Source: Styela clava
Taxonomy: Eukaryota
Direction: 5' to 3'
Assembly (NCBI RefSeq): GCF_964204865.1
Contig: NC_135260.1
Coordinates: 20,336,001 to 20,400,000 of the forward strand
Length of the DNA: 64,000 nt
Shown: piece after piece, positions 12,769-24,573 of the stretch
Layout: each line of letters opens with the position of its first letter
Numbering within the stretch: position 1 is the stretch's first letter
Position numbers and translations under genes: made by a program
The notes under the pieces: generated by a model
The model's input: only the letters and a program-made list of their open reading frames with translations
Told to the model about the DNA's origin: nothing
The model's database searches: none

Positions 12769-13422
12769 ATATCTTGTATTGTTTGAAGAAGCTAGATCAT
12801 GATCTACGGAAAGCTCACAAATAAACTTACTATTTCGTTGAAAGAAATCATGTTATTTTTACTCATACTAATAAAACGTAGCTCAATTTTACGAACAAGT
12901 TATTAAGTGTACAAAATTGATTGGGAAATTAGGGCACGTTTGAATTTCACTAAATGGTAGAATTTCCAGAACCGAATATTTCAGGGCGGAGCTTCAAGTA
13001 AAAATATCATCACCCGTCGACGACTTTAATATAGCGCTTAGCCGGTTTTACATATCGTATCTTTGTTTCTGTGAAACAATGAGCAAATGCTTTTATAACC
13101 ATCTGACGGCAGGTATAAATCTGTGATGTGTAATATCTGAATCATATGCTACATAAAAATTTGATAACCTTTTTTTAATAAGGTGAACAATGCAATTTGC
13201 AACCACTGAAATTGCAATGCAATTGATTAAATAGTTGAAGAGAAAAACCAATTTTTATTACAATGACATACTGACAGAAGAGTAACAACAACTCCATAAT
13301 AACAAAACGTTCCATAGGTCCATTTCGTGTCCGATGAACTCTTACATCAAAACCCATTTCATGTTCATTACAATCGGAAAATAAAATACGACTGACCGAA
13401 GCGTTATATATATATATATAGG

Positions 13423-13907
13423 CAGTGGTGGGATTCAAATTTTTTGTCAGCCGGTTCCATCATAAAAGACATGTTTTTCAACCGGTTCTGTTACAAAAAG
13501 TCATATTTTTTTAGCAAATAAACTGATTATTTTTAATTACTTCCCAATTAACATTTTAAAATAATAGTTAGGTAAGCATCCTTCTGTCAAAATTAGCATA
13601 GAAATTTTTGATGATGTTGAGGATCGTCTATGTTGCTGTATATATTATATACTCGTTGATAATGAACTTAAAACCTGAAGGTGTATGATCTACTGAAAAC
13701 ACATGCTTGAATGTTGATATTCTATAACAATGCTGTTATACTATATTAAAAATAAACACAAGAAATCTTTATCAAAGAAAAAAAAGTTCACTGAAAATAA
13801 ACTTTCGCAGTTTTTACATCAAATATTTCCAACCGGTTCGCTGATCTTCCAAAATTCCGTGAAACGGTTCTATAGAACCGGTGCGAACCGCCTGAATCCC
13901 ACCACTG
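13423..13907. mobile_element. hAT MITE
   Basis: TIR CAGTGGTGGGATTCA/TGAATCCCACCACTG with a perfect 8-bp TSD TATATAGG. Absent from units 2 and 3. A short relative lies at 62182-62303. Confidence 0.9.
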
Positions 13908-14945
13908 TATATAGGCTATTGTGTTTTCACGCCTGTCCCTCAAACAAACCCTGCAAAGTAGCGACTGAGCTAGAAAGTGCCATTGTTTGAAAGAACTTGA
14001 TTCTATCTATAATCCTACAAACCACAATGCTTACCACTGATTTTCATGTCAGGATTTACTTAAAAGTAAAGCTTCTTATATTTTTAATTAAAGTATGGCT
14101 TATATGGCATTATACAGAATAAATCCGAGAACTTCTGTGAAGCGAGCGATGTATTTGTGTCGTCTTTATTGTTATTATTTTCCGTATATATCAGCAATAA
14201 AAATAAGTTACCGATTAGCTCCTAATTGTAACGTAACTTCTAAAATTAGAAAATTTACCAAAATACGCTTGTTATTTGCACCAACCCTAAAAAAAATAAG
14301 ATCAGGTGTAAAATACGAAAGGAATCGAAGAGTTTAACCAAGTAATATACAGGCAATTCTTCACCAGAATCGCATAGTTCAATAATATTTGTTTTTCAAT
14401 TGACGTTGGTTACATAAATGCTGCTATTGTAGAAGAAATGGCTACATCACCAAAATAGTTGCAATGTATATTAATACCAGGTAGCATTCTGGACTCAATG
14501 TCGCCGAAAGAAAGATTCCACTTTGGTTTATTTTGTCAACAGATGAAAAGACACCCCGACCAGTTGAACGAACACTTGTCAATGCTATTAGATTGGTAGG
14601 TCTTCTTATTATAATTTGCATGTAAACGAATAATAAGTACAAAGTACAGATAAACAACTGACGCAAGTTTCATTTGATTCCGACATTGAAAAATCTATTT
14701 TTAGAAGAATAAAAAGGCATTTGTTCATGAGTTCTGATGTCGCACCTATTGACGAAAATTCTATAAATTTAGCGAAAATTTACCGACAACAATTGAGGTT
14801 TTGAAACTCACCATTTGAGTAAAAATATGGTTCTCAGTGTTTGAGGAACACCGCATCACCACATTGACGTCATACCCATTTGATTGTAGTTAATGGATAT
14901 TTCTATGACATGCTTCCGGAAATAATACAAGTGTTTTGTTTCAAT

Positions 14946-15148
14946 GGTGACCGTACATTTGAACCCATGTACATTTGAACCCATGCGTATATCCACGGGT
15001 TCAATCTATATGCGGGTGCTAAAACCCATGGGTTAGGATTAGTATGGGTTTAACTATCCGTGTAACAAAAAAAATTCCATAGGTGCAATAGCATACAGGT
15101 GCAATTGTCATGGGTTCAAATGTACGTGGGTTCAAATGTAATGGAACC
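14946..15148. mobile_element. Mutator-like MITE
   Basis: Inverted TACATTTGAACCCA repeats at both ends and a 9-bp TSD TGTTTCAAT. Empty sites in units 2 and 3. Confidence 0.8.
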
Positions 15149-15861
15149 TGTTTCAATACATCGAACTTCGAATGTGTCAACTCCCTCAGGTCGACCGTCA
15201 CAATATGGGTTGCCGTCAGGGACAAGCATTTTTGTATCTCATGTTATTCAACAATCTCCATTTAGGTATCGTTAGGTCTCAACGATATTAGATGGTAGAA
15301 TACCCATTGGATTCTACTTATGTTCGAAGACGTCGCTGAGACAATTTGCTTGCAGTCAAGAACCGTTTGCTTTCCGCATCAGTCCCCAATATTATTCAAC
15401 ACTTTTGGAAATAATTTGAAAATATGTAGTAATTCTCTTGCATAAAATATCCTGACCCAGTTATTTTTCAGCGAGAAGATCTTGCAGCAAGCAATACTAT
15501 TATATTCTTACCTTAAATATCTGAATCTCAAAGATGCAGTCTGAAAAGTCTTTGACGAGTTTATTACCCATTACGTTGAATGCCACGGTCAGTGTTATGA
15601 CGTTATTGAATGGCTTTTTAGTTTAATTTATGAACGATTCCTATAATTTGTGGTGTTTTAAGCTTTATAACATGCGCTATACATAGTAACCTTTTTGAGA
15701 AGAATTAATTCAGCAAACCTTAATCTATTTGACGGAACTGACCTCAAAGTAACGTTAAATATAACCATTTGTCTCCAACTTTAACCAACGAATGATTAAA
15801 TTCTTAATAAAGATATTATGAAATCTTATTTTTTCGAAATAATCGAATGAGCAAGATATAA

Positions 15862-15867
15862 TATAAA
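15862..15867 (+). promoter_or_regulatory. Putative TATA box of secreted-protein gene copy 1 (equivalents at 24178-24183 and 37366-37371)
   Basis: TATAAA in all three copies, followed ~90 nt later by a conserved donor G|GTATGT (15957, 24273, 37462). An acceptor TTA(T/C)AG lies just before the ATG, implying a non-coding first exon. Confidence 0.55.
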
Positions 15868-15969
15868 TAGCGCTGCAAAAACTTTGGCATCAACAAACTC
15901 GTAGAAAACAACGTACAAAGCAACGAAAACAGAGACAAGAGAGAATTGTTAATTGGGTATGTTTTAATA

Positions 15970-16394
15970 CAGGGGTCGGCAACCTACGGCCCGCGGGCCG
16001 GATCCGGCCCGCGACGCTTCACTGAATTATAGTAACAAAACAGCTGTTTTGAAGATTATTTTTTTAACGTAACAGTATTTATTATGAGACACGTGCAGAT
16101 TGAATTATATTATAATTTAACAAGTATAAAATCCACAATTACTCGTTTAATGAGCCTATAATTTAATGATGATAATTAGACAAATGGCACCAAAACTCAG
16201 AAAGGTTGATGCTAAGATGCAATGCATCGAGGAAATAAAATCCATATTCTATTTGAGAGATGTATCACTGCTTGATTTTTTTTTTAAAAAGTATCATTCC
16301 TTCGGTTTTCAACTTTCTAAAAATATGTGAGGCACGCCAATGACTTGCAACCCGTAATTTTGTCCCGCGAGCGAAAAAATGTTGCCGACCCATG
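15970..16394. mobile_element. hAT MITE in the putative 5'-UTR intron of copy 1
   Basis: TIR CAGGGGTCGGCAAC/GTTGCCGACCCATG. TTTAATA is duplicated around it. Empty site GTATGTTTTAATATGTAGCC in units 2 and 3. Confidence 0.8.
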
Positions 16395-16785
16395 AAATTT
16401 AATATGTAGCCATGCAGGCCTATGTTCAATATTGTATCTGTCTGTTTTCTCGCAGATACATTTTTCGGCACAACTTGCAACTCCATTTCAAATAGAGCAA
16501 CCTCATTTTTTTTATAGCGAAGCAATTATCGATATTATAATCGTATACTCACTGGAATATATGCAGCGCTTTCCTTTGTTTATGACAGCAGTCGTCAAAT
16601 TGACGACAGCTTTTCAATCCGAGAATCGGGCTATCCTGGTAGGTATATGACTGCTCAATTACCACTTGTCACCAATTACCACTTGGGCTACTATTCAACT
16701 ATATTTGCAATATATATATATATATATATCAATTTTAAACGACTGATTTTGAAACAAGTTCTAATTATAGCTAGATAGATTAAAG

Positions 16786-18226
16786 ATGAACGTGGCAACA
16801 ATCTATCTACTTCTGGCGACAATTATGTTTGGAATTGAAGCAGCTCAATTTACTCAACTTAAATGTTTTCAATTTCGCTACAAATTGGGACAGCAGCGAT
16901 GCAAACCAGGTAAGATTTTTTCCTTCTAACAGAAAATCCTATTTATGATGAATAGGTTGTTTGTTTCCATTTTCCAAAAAGTACATTCACTACGGCCCAG
17001 GTACTTGTATAACTAGGATAATACTAAAAGCTGACCACACGTCCCGGTTCAGCCGGGGCAGCTTGACGAGAGTAAATGTCCAAGGTTAAGGCAGAATGAC
17101 AGTCATAAATATATCCGATACTAATATATACAAAATTGTTTTCTGTTTTTTTAACGTGTGCAGCCCATTTATCACTGATCCCATTTATCACCATATTGTT
17201 ATGTCATATTTATGATATTTTCAATATTTAAGTCAATTTAACATATAACGTCGACTTTAATGCCGTTTAAAGAAAGTTCTTGTGTTCTAATGAGTTGTAT
17301 ATTACTAATATTCATAAGAACTAAAAAATTTCCAAGTCTTGGAATAAAACCGCCCAATGTCCCGGTTTTTCATTCCGCATATCTGGTAAGCCCAATCAAA
17401 GGTAAAACACATGTGAATTTGTGTTTCACAAAAACCATTCCAAACACTGGTTTGTTGTTACAGAAAAAAGTTTCAAAGGTGATTTAGTACCATGCTACAA
17501 CTTATGTAACAAAGAATTGGTTAAATTTGAAGATTGTAATGAATATCCTGCTAATATGCATTGCTGCGTTCACGACTGCAGATGTGTCATCAGAGGAGGT
17601 GGGTACAAACAATAAGACAACAACTGATATCATCTCACTTAAGAATATACCTATATTCATGGGACTTGAAAAGTAGATAGAAAGCATGAAATAACATGGC
17701 AAAACTTATTCTTCTGCATTCCATTCCAGCCGGATTTGTTAAAATTCCACAAAACTACACGCTTTCTCTCGACGACGAAAAGATATCGCAGTGGATGAAG
17801 ACCGGAGTAGAAGAAGGATGTGAGTCAAAAAACAAATATTCTTCATCAGCAAAGATGACTGAGTCTGAAAATACCAAGACAAACCTGAAATTACCTATTG
17901 ACAAGCAAGATAAATATGCAATAATACAAGACGTTCAAACAACAGCAACAGCTACCGGATCAAGCGATAACAAAGAAACCCGGAACTCATCCATTGCTAG
18001 CCAAGAGGGAACTTCAAAAACACCAGAAGAAAAAGGCCCAGATAAAACAACTACCGCAAATACTGTACAAAGCAAAACGAGCACAAAAACAGAGGCAGTG
18101 AAGACGTCCGCGGCCAAATGTGCTACAAAAGAACATATCTTATCGCGAATTGCAAGTAAAATGACTGGAATATTCAAGCAGATGGGTGTTGGTTGGGAAA
18201 TGAAAGTCAACGATGGATGCAATTGA
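16786..18226 (+). CDS. Uncharacterised secreted cysteine-rich protein, copy 1 (251 aa; exons 16786-16909, 17464-17598, 17730-18226)
   Basis: GT-AG introns, both phase 1, join into one open frame: MNVATIYLLLATIMFGIEA signal-like N-terminus, then AQFTQLKCFQFRYKLGQQRCKPEKSFKGDLVPCYNLCNKELVKFEDCNEYPANMHCCVHDCRCVIRGAGFV...GCN. The structure is conserved in three copies. Confidence 0.85.
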
Positions 18227-18378
18227 AGGCACTTGCTACATTGTCTGTGAAATCTGAATATTCAAATTAATTCTATGTTTATGTCGTTCAATGTTAATTT
18301 CCTATCTTAAATAAAACTCACTAGTAGAACTCACTAATTGTCGAACCCCAAAGGATAGAGAGAAAAAAACTATCAAAT

Positions 18379-18787
18379 AACAAGATAAGCGATGCCCAAA
18401 TATGTGGACACGAAATAGTACGGGTATGTTGTCTGTAACTGTAGCCCCCGGGTACCATACCGCAGTATTTACGACTTCGTAGGACCTCAAGATAGATCGC
18501 TAATGCGAAGCCGGAACCGCCACAACGGGCGGGATTTTTTATTTGATGACGTCACCTCACACAAAAAACGAATCCGAGAGGCCACCGTAATTTTTGAAAT
18601 ACATAAAATGAAAAGCCCTCCAGCGAAAAATGCAATGTTTAACTATTGAAAATTAAAAGCGATTGATCCAGTAGTTAACGAGGAAATCAATATTTCTCTA
18701 CGGTCGCAACAAGCAGAGGAAGAATTCTAACAACATGATCCACAACAACATAATAACAAAACGATTCATTGTCCATTTCGTGTCCAA
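18379..18787. mobile_element. Interspersed repeat with subterminal inverted repeats (Helentron/DINE-like, tentative)
   Basis: TGGACACGAAAT near the 5' end and ATTTCGTGTCCA at the 3' end. The 3' motif CATAATAACAAAACG...CGTGTCC also occurs at ~13300, 20830, 28090 and 35220. Confidence 0.4.
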
Positions 18788-19479
18788 TTATCAAATGAAG
18801 AGTTTTATTTTTTACCCTAATGAAAAGAGCTCGTATTGAAACAAAGGCCTGTTTTAGATAATTATTTTGTTGTTTATTTTGTATTCTTTATCAAAATACC
18901 ACTCATATCGCCGTGAAACTACGGAAAATGATGCGTTTTGGCAACTGCACACGCTGCCGGAGTAATAGTTTCAAAAATATGCTTCGACTTCCACTGGCAT
19001 CTCGTCGCTTTGTCGCCAAGTTAGTACCTACACCAAAGTTATAAAAAGAAAAGTTTAACAGTTCATTCGAGATATTAGGGAGACGATTAATGTGAACATG
19101 GCAAAAACTCACGAAACATATCTCACCGATCTCCCAAACACGGCTGCATCAACGATATATACGACTGTTGAGGTCATTAGAGTCAGTTACCATCCAAACA
19201 CAAATACATACATACGTGTCTGCAAGGCAATTGGGAATTTGCATAGCAAGTCAGGGCCACGTATATATTTATATATCGTTATAATGGTTAAATTAATCTC
19301 ACAAATTTGCGTATACTAACCATATGACAGAAAAAGGGCAAGATAGAAATTAACTTTCGACAATCTATCATATATATCCAAATTGTATTACCTTGGTTTT
19401 GTTTAGAAGTAATTTAGATATAATATATTTCGTGAATTGAAGTTTGAATTTTTTATATAAATATGTTTTGAAATTGCCG

Positions 19480-20000
19480 AGAATATCATTCCAATCTGAG
19501 TCGCATAATTTTTTTAGACTTTCGAGCAAATTTAAGATTTGTTCGTGAAATAAAGAATACCTCACTAGAGCGTGTATTATACGAATGGACACAGATTTCC
19601 ACAATCAGTAAGGTGTATCGAAAGCCTCGAGCAACATGTTATGAATAAATTCAAACATTAATTTCGCAACTTTATAAATATACACATCGTTTAATTTTAA
19701 AAGATGCATATGTTTATAAATGGGACTAATACTATGACGCAAATGAGTATTAGTCAATAACTCTAAGAGCTCTATTTTGTTAAATCGGCATGAGTCTGCT
19801 TTCACAAGCACGACAGACCCAAGCCACAATTCCCTATTGCAGGTGGAAACAATATAGCAAAAAATAAAATTTCGCATCACTTTTCAGGGAGAATTTTTTT
19901 TATCCTTGTCATGATTTCCACCGTCCTTGACAATTCCATATTTAATTGGTTGACGTGGTCGTTCGAATTAAGTTTGGTATTTAATAAATACAGTTCGGAC
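19480..20000 (-). mobile_element. Degenerate LINE (CR1/L2-like) ORF2 3' remnant, also present in units 2 and 3
   Basis: Fragments LNSNDHVNQL..LSRTV.IM.RIKKILP, FYFPLQYGIVAW (unit 2) and LLKLNDVYIYKVAKLMF are typical of the region after the RT domain in LINE ORF2. Frameshifted. Confidence 0.65.
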
Positions 20001-21927
20001 CAGTAAACTTGGAGTTGGATTGGGACTTCTATTTCCTTATTATTATAGAAATAATTTATTAATTGCACTTGCGTATTGTCTCGTAGAACTCGTGACACGT
20101 CGGTCAACAAAAATTAATGATTGTTCCAGACAGATAATCGATAAACCATAGTAAAGCAAAAAATGGTGCAATCAGTAGTCTTCGTCTTGAGGTGCTCAAT
20201 GTTCTGAATATGTGTGCTGAGATTACCGCGTCAGATATCTGCCAATTTCACGACTTCTTTGCGAGAAAACCCAAGTACAATCAGACAAGATAGATTACGA
20301 CGTGAGTGAACGCTGGTCTCTGATTAATAAATTGGAAACCCGGAATACAAAAATTGTCGCATGGCGTCGAAGAGTCGGAAACCGAATCCTGTTATCGGAT
20401 TATTTTGTTTCCGGATTCTCGGGATTCGGTATTCTGAATTGCCCATGACACAGTATATAGTATACCAATGGAACTCCAACTTGTATACATTGTGTCATTT
20501 GTACTGCATGCTATAATTTCTCACAAGTGCGTGCCCCCTTGCCACTTTGTACCTCGTCTAGCATTTCTCCCGTTTGCTGGGCGAAACGTTATAATCCGAG
20601 ACACGAGACGTATAGCCTACTTCATAACCCTGATCTCATAAATCATTGTAAATCTGAAATGTATTTTTGGTCATCGTTTTGGGTGGATTCATCACAAAAA
20701 TATGAAGTCATGTTCTGAATGTAATTAGTCTGCTTCACAAATTTGAAAAAAAATATATGAAGAGAAAGCGATTTTTTTTCCTAATAACAATCTGGAAAAA
20801 AAAAAGAGTTCCAACAGTAACATAATTACAGAACGTTTCATAGATCCATTCCGTGTCCAATAAACTGTCACAACAAATACCTTTCATGATCATTGCAATT
20901 GCAAATAAAATACAACCCACAGAAATGTTATATATTTAAATATACATACCGTATTTTTTCACGCCTGTCAGCCCCAACAAACTCTACAAAGTAGGGACTG
21001 ATCTAGGAAGTGACATTGTTTGGAAAGACCGGATCCTATCTATAATCCTACAAACCACAATGCTTCCCACTGATCTGATCTTCTTGTCAGCATTTATTTA
21101 GAAGTAAAGCTTTTTATAATTCTAATTAAAGTATGGTTTACATTACATTATACAAAATAAATCCAAGAGCTTTAGTGAAGCAACGTATTTCGTGTCGCCT
21201 TTATTGTCATTATTTTCCGTATATATCAGCAATAAAAACAACTTACCGATTAGCTCCAAATTGTAACGTAATTTGCATTTTAGCGCAAAACCTGCACACT
21301 TAAAACCGACAAGTATGCGGTGTCACTGTCATTTTCAAATTGCAATTTCAAAAATAATTTCTTGCTCAAAAAAAAGTCACAGGAACTAAATAAAATAGTG
21401 GTTCTCAGACAGTGTTAACGAGGTTGATGGTTTAATTAATATTATAAATAACATAAAACATCAACAATTATTATTCAAAGCGTACATAATTAAGAGCAGT
21501 AAGTTCTAAATTAATTAACGAGCAAAATGAGAAAATTCCCTAAAATACGCCTGCTTTTTGCGCCAACCCTAAACAAATAAGACCAGGTGTGATATACGAA
21601 AAAGGGTTTAACCAGGTAATATATATGCAATCTTTCAACAGAATCGCATATTTAATAATACTTGTTCTTCAATTGACACGTTGGTACATAAATGCTGCTA
21701 TTGTAGAAGAAATGGCTACATTTTCAAAATAGTTTTAATGTATATAATGAGTAACAGATTGCATATTGGGCGCAATGTCGCCTAAATAAATATTCCACTT
21801 CGGTTTATTTCGCCAACAGATGAAAATCCTCCCTGACCAGGTGAACAATTGTCAAAGTTATTGGATTTTAGTAGGGGTTCATGTTATAATTCGCATGTAA
21901 ACGAGTGACAAGTACAAAGATATAAAC

Positions 21928-23164
21928 CAGTGGTTCCCAACCGCCGGTCCGCGAAGGTTTTTTGCCGGTCCGCGAGAAATTTCATTTTGTTGTTTTTCTA
22001 CCGTCTAAATCGCTTTACCGAAGCCGAAAAGACGAACTTACGTTGGTTTATTACCCAATTTCTCTCCCGCCGTCATATTGCTGTTTGACACGAGCGGTAT
22101 GATCCGGCGACGTCTTGGCCCCGGTGTAATTACACTTTTCGCTTTTTCGGTTCCGATTGATGGCGAAAGCGCTCCGTCAAATCTCGCAAGATTCAGAAAC
22201 CTGAAAATCAACATGCGGGCTTTTTCCGTTTTGCATGCTTTTTTGATCAATATTACCATCCAAATAAAAGGTTATGAATATTTCTTTGTTAAAACCAGAA
22301 AACTGTCAAGAACAGTATAATATTCCAGAGCTTCACCATGACACCCAGCGAGATATGAACTTGACCCTTCAGGTGGTCACGAAACGCGCAACAAAGCGTG
22401 GGCCGCTGAGATATTTTCCGGGTGATGCACAGCATGGTTTTGAGCCCGGTGCCAAGTTAGCAACGACTTTATCATTGTAATGTAAATTCATTTTGTTTGG
22501 GGCGTCGATCAACTGCATGATGAATTCATGGGATTGATATGATGAACCCGATGAAACCTCTACTTTACAGTCCAGGTTTATAAAAGAATCATTGTTAAAA
22601 TTCATTCTTGAGCTCTCTTGATAACGAATACCCATCGCTTAGTAATCGAGCAATCAAACTGTTGTCTGAATTTTTCAACCAGTTACTTCTAGCTTTAATT
22701 ACAACGAAGCAAATAAACTGACTGTGATCCGCTGCAGAGCTACGTGTTGCAAAACTATTTTTGATGCCTCGTTTGCAATCCTGTGTTAGAAACGAAACAG
22801 CAGCAAAATTAGCACTTGAGTTAATTGTGTTTCTACATGATTTGGCATGTACATGTTTTTTATGCGATATGTGTGCCTCTTCACGCATGATGGGTGACCA
22901 GCACCGCATTTTATTACGCAAACATATGTTATTATTTTATGTTCCACCCATTTCAATTTTTGGCCGGCACAATATTTGATAATTTTTCCTCATGTGAAAT
23001 GGTTTAAGTGTACCTTATTTACCCGTAAAAGCGTAGTGATTGCCCGACATTACGCAGATATAGGTTATTATTTTCTGTTCCACTCATTTCAATTTTTGTC
23101 GGTCCGCGAGTACATTTTATTTGATTTTACCGGTCCGCCGGGATAGAAAGGTTGGGAACCGCTG
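21928..23164. mobile_element. Non-autonomous hAT element
   Basis: TIR CAGTGGTTCCCAACC/GGTTGGGAACCGCTG with a perfect TSD ATATAAAC. An inverted relative lies at 32184-33234. Confidence 0.9.
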
Positions 23165-24573
23165 ATATAAACTACTGACGCAAATTCCATTGGATTCCGA
23201 CATTGAAAAATCCATTTTTGGGAGTATAAAAAGTCATTTGTTCATAAGCTTAGATGTCGCAATTAATTCTATGAAGCGAAAATTTACCAACAACAATTTC
23301 GGTTTTAAAACCATTTGAGTAAAAATATGGTTCTTAGCGTTTGAGAAACACCGCATTATCACACTGACGTCATACCCGTTCAATTGTGTGGTTACTGGGT
23401 ATTTCTATGACATGCTTATGCTTCAGGAAATAAGACAATTGCTTGTTTCATTACAACTTCGAACGTGACAACTCTTTCAGGTCCACCGTCACAAATATGG
23501 GTTTCCGTCAGGAACAAGCATTTTTGTATCTCATATAATTCAACAATCTCAATTTAGGTCGTAACGATATTAGATGGTAGAATACCCCTTGGATATACTA
23601 CAATATACAGTCTACGTATGGTCGAAGACGTCGCTGAGGCAATTTACTCGCAGTCAAAAAACGTTCGCTTTTTGCGTTCAGTCCCCAATATTATCCAACA
23701 CTTTTGAAAATAATTTGAAAAATTGTATTAATTCCCTTGCGTAAGATATCCTGATCCATGTATTCTTCGCGAGAAGATCTTGCATTAGGCACTACTAATA
23801 CAACATTACTTCAAATGTCTGAATCTTTAAAGATGCGGTATCAGACGTCTTCGACTAGTATATTACTTTTACGTTGAATGTCATGGTCAGTGTTGTGACG
23901 TTATTGAATGGCATTTTTAGTTTGAATAATGAACGATTCCTATAATTTGTGGTGTTTTAAGCTCTATAATCATTTAAACTCTATATCATGCGCTATAAAT
24001 ACTGACCTTTTTGAGAATAACTAATTCAGCAAACCTTAATCCATTTGACGAAACTGACCTCAAAGTGACGCTAAATATAACAATTTGTCTCCCACTGCAA
24101 TCAACGAATGATTAAATTCTTAATGAAGATATTATAAAATCTTATTTTTTCGAAATAATCGCGTGAGCAAGATATATTATAAATAGCGCTGCAAAAACTT
24201 TGGCATCAACAAACTCGTAGGAAACAACGTACAAAGCAACGAAAACGGAGACAAGATAGGATTGTTAATTGGGTATGTTTTAATATGTAGCCATGCAGGC
24301 CTATGTTCAATGTTGTATCTATCCGTTTTCACGCATCCGTTATTGCTATTATAGTCGTATACTCACTGGATCCATAAGTGCATTCCTTTGCTTTATGACA
24401 GCAGTCGTCAAATTGCCGACAGCTTTTCAATCCGAAAAGGGAGCTATCCTGGTATATGACTGCTCAATTACCACTTGTTACCAATCACCACATAGGCTAC
24501 TATTTGCAATATATACTAATTTTTAAACTATTGATCTTTAAACAAGTGCTGATTACAGCCCAATAGATTAAAG

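Noticed and set aside
16786-17598. Assignment to vanabin, defensin or Ly6/uPAR families
   Set aside because: The cysteine spacing does not match the patterns I know for these families, so it is left unassigned.
17696-18226. Stand-alone ORF starting MAKLILLHSIP (also 25483 and 38755)
   Set aside because: The first 11 codons are the intron's pyrimidine tract and acceptor. The segment is better explained as exon 3 of the spliced gene.
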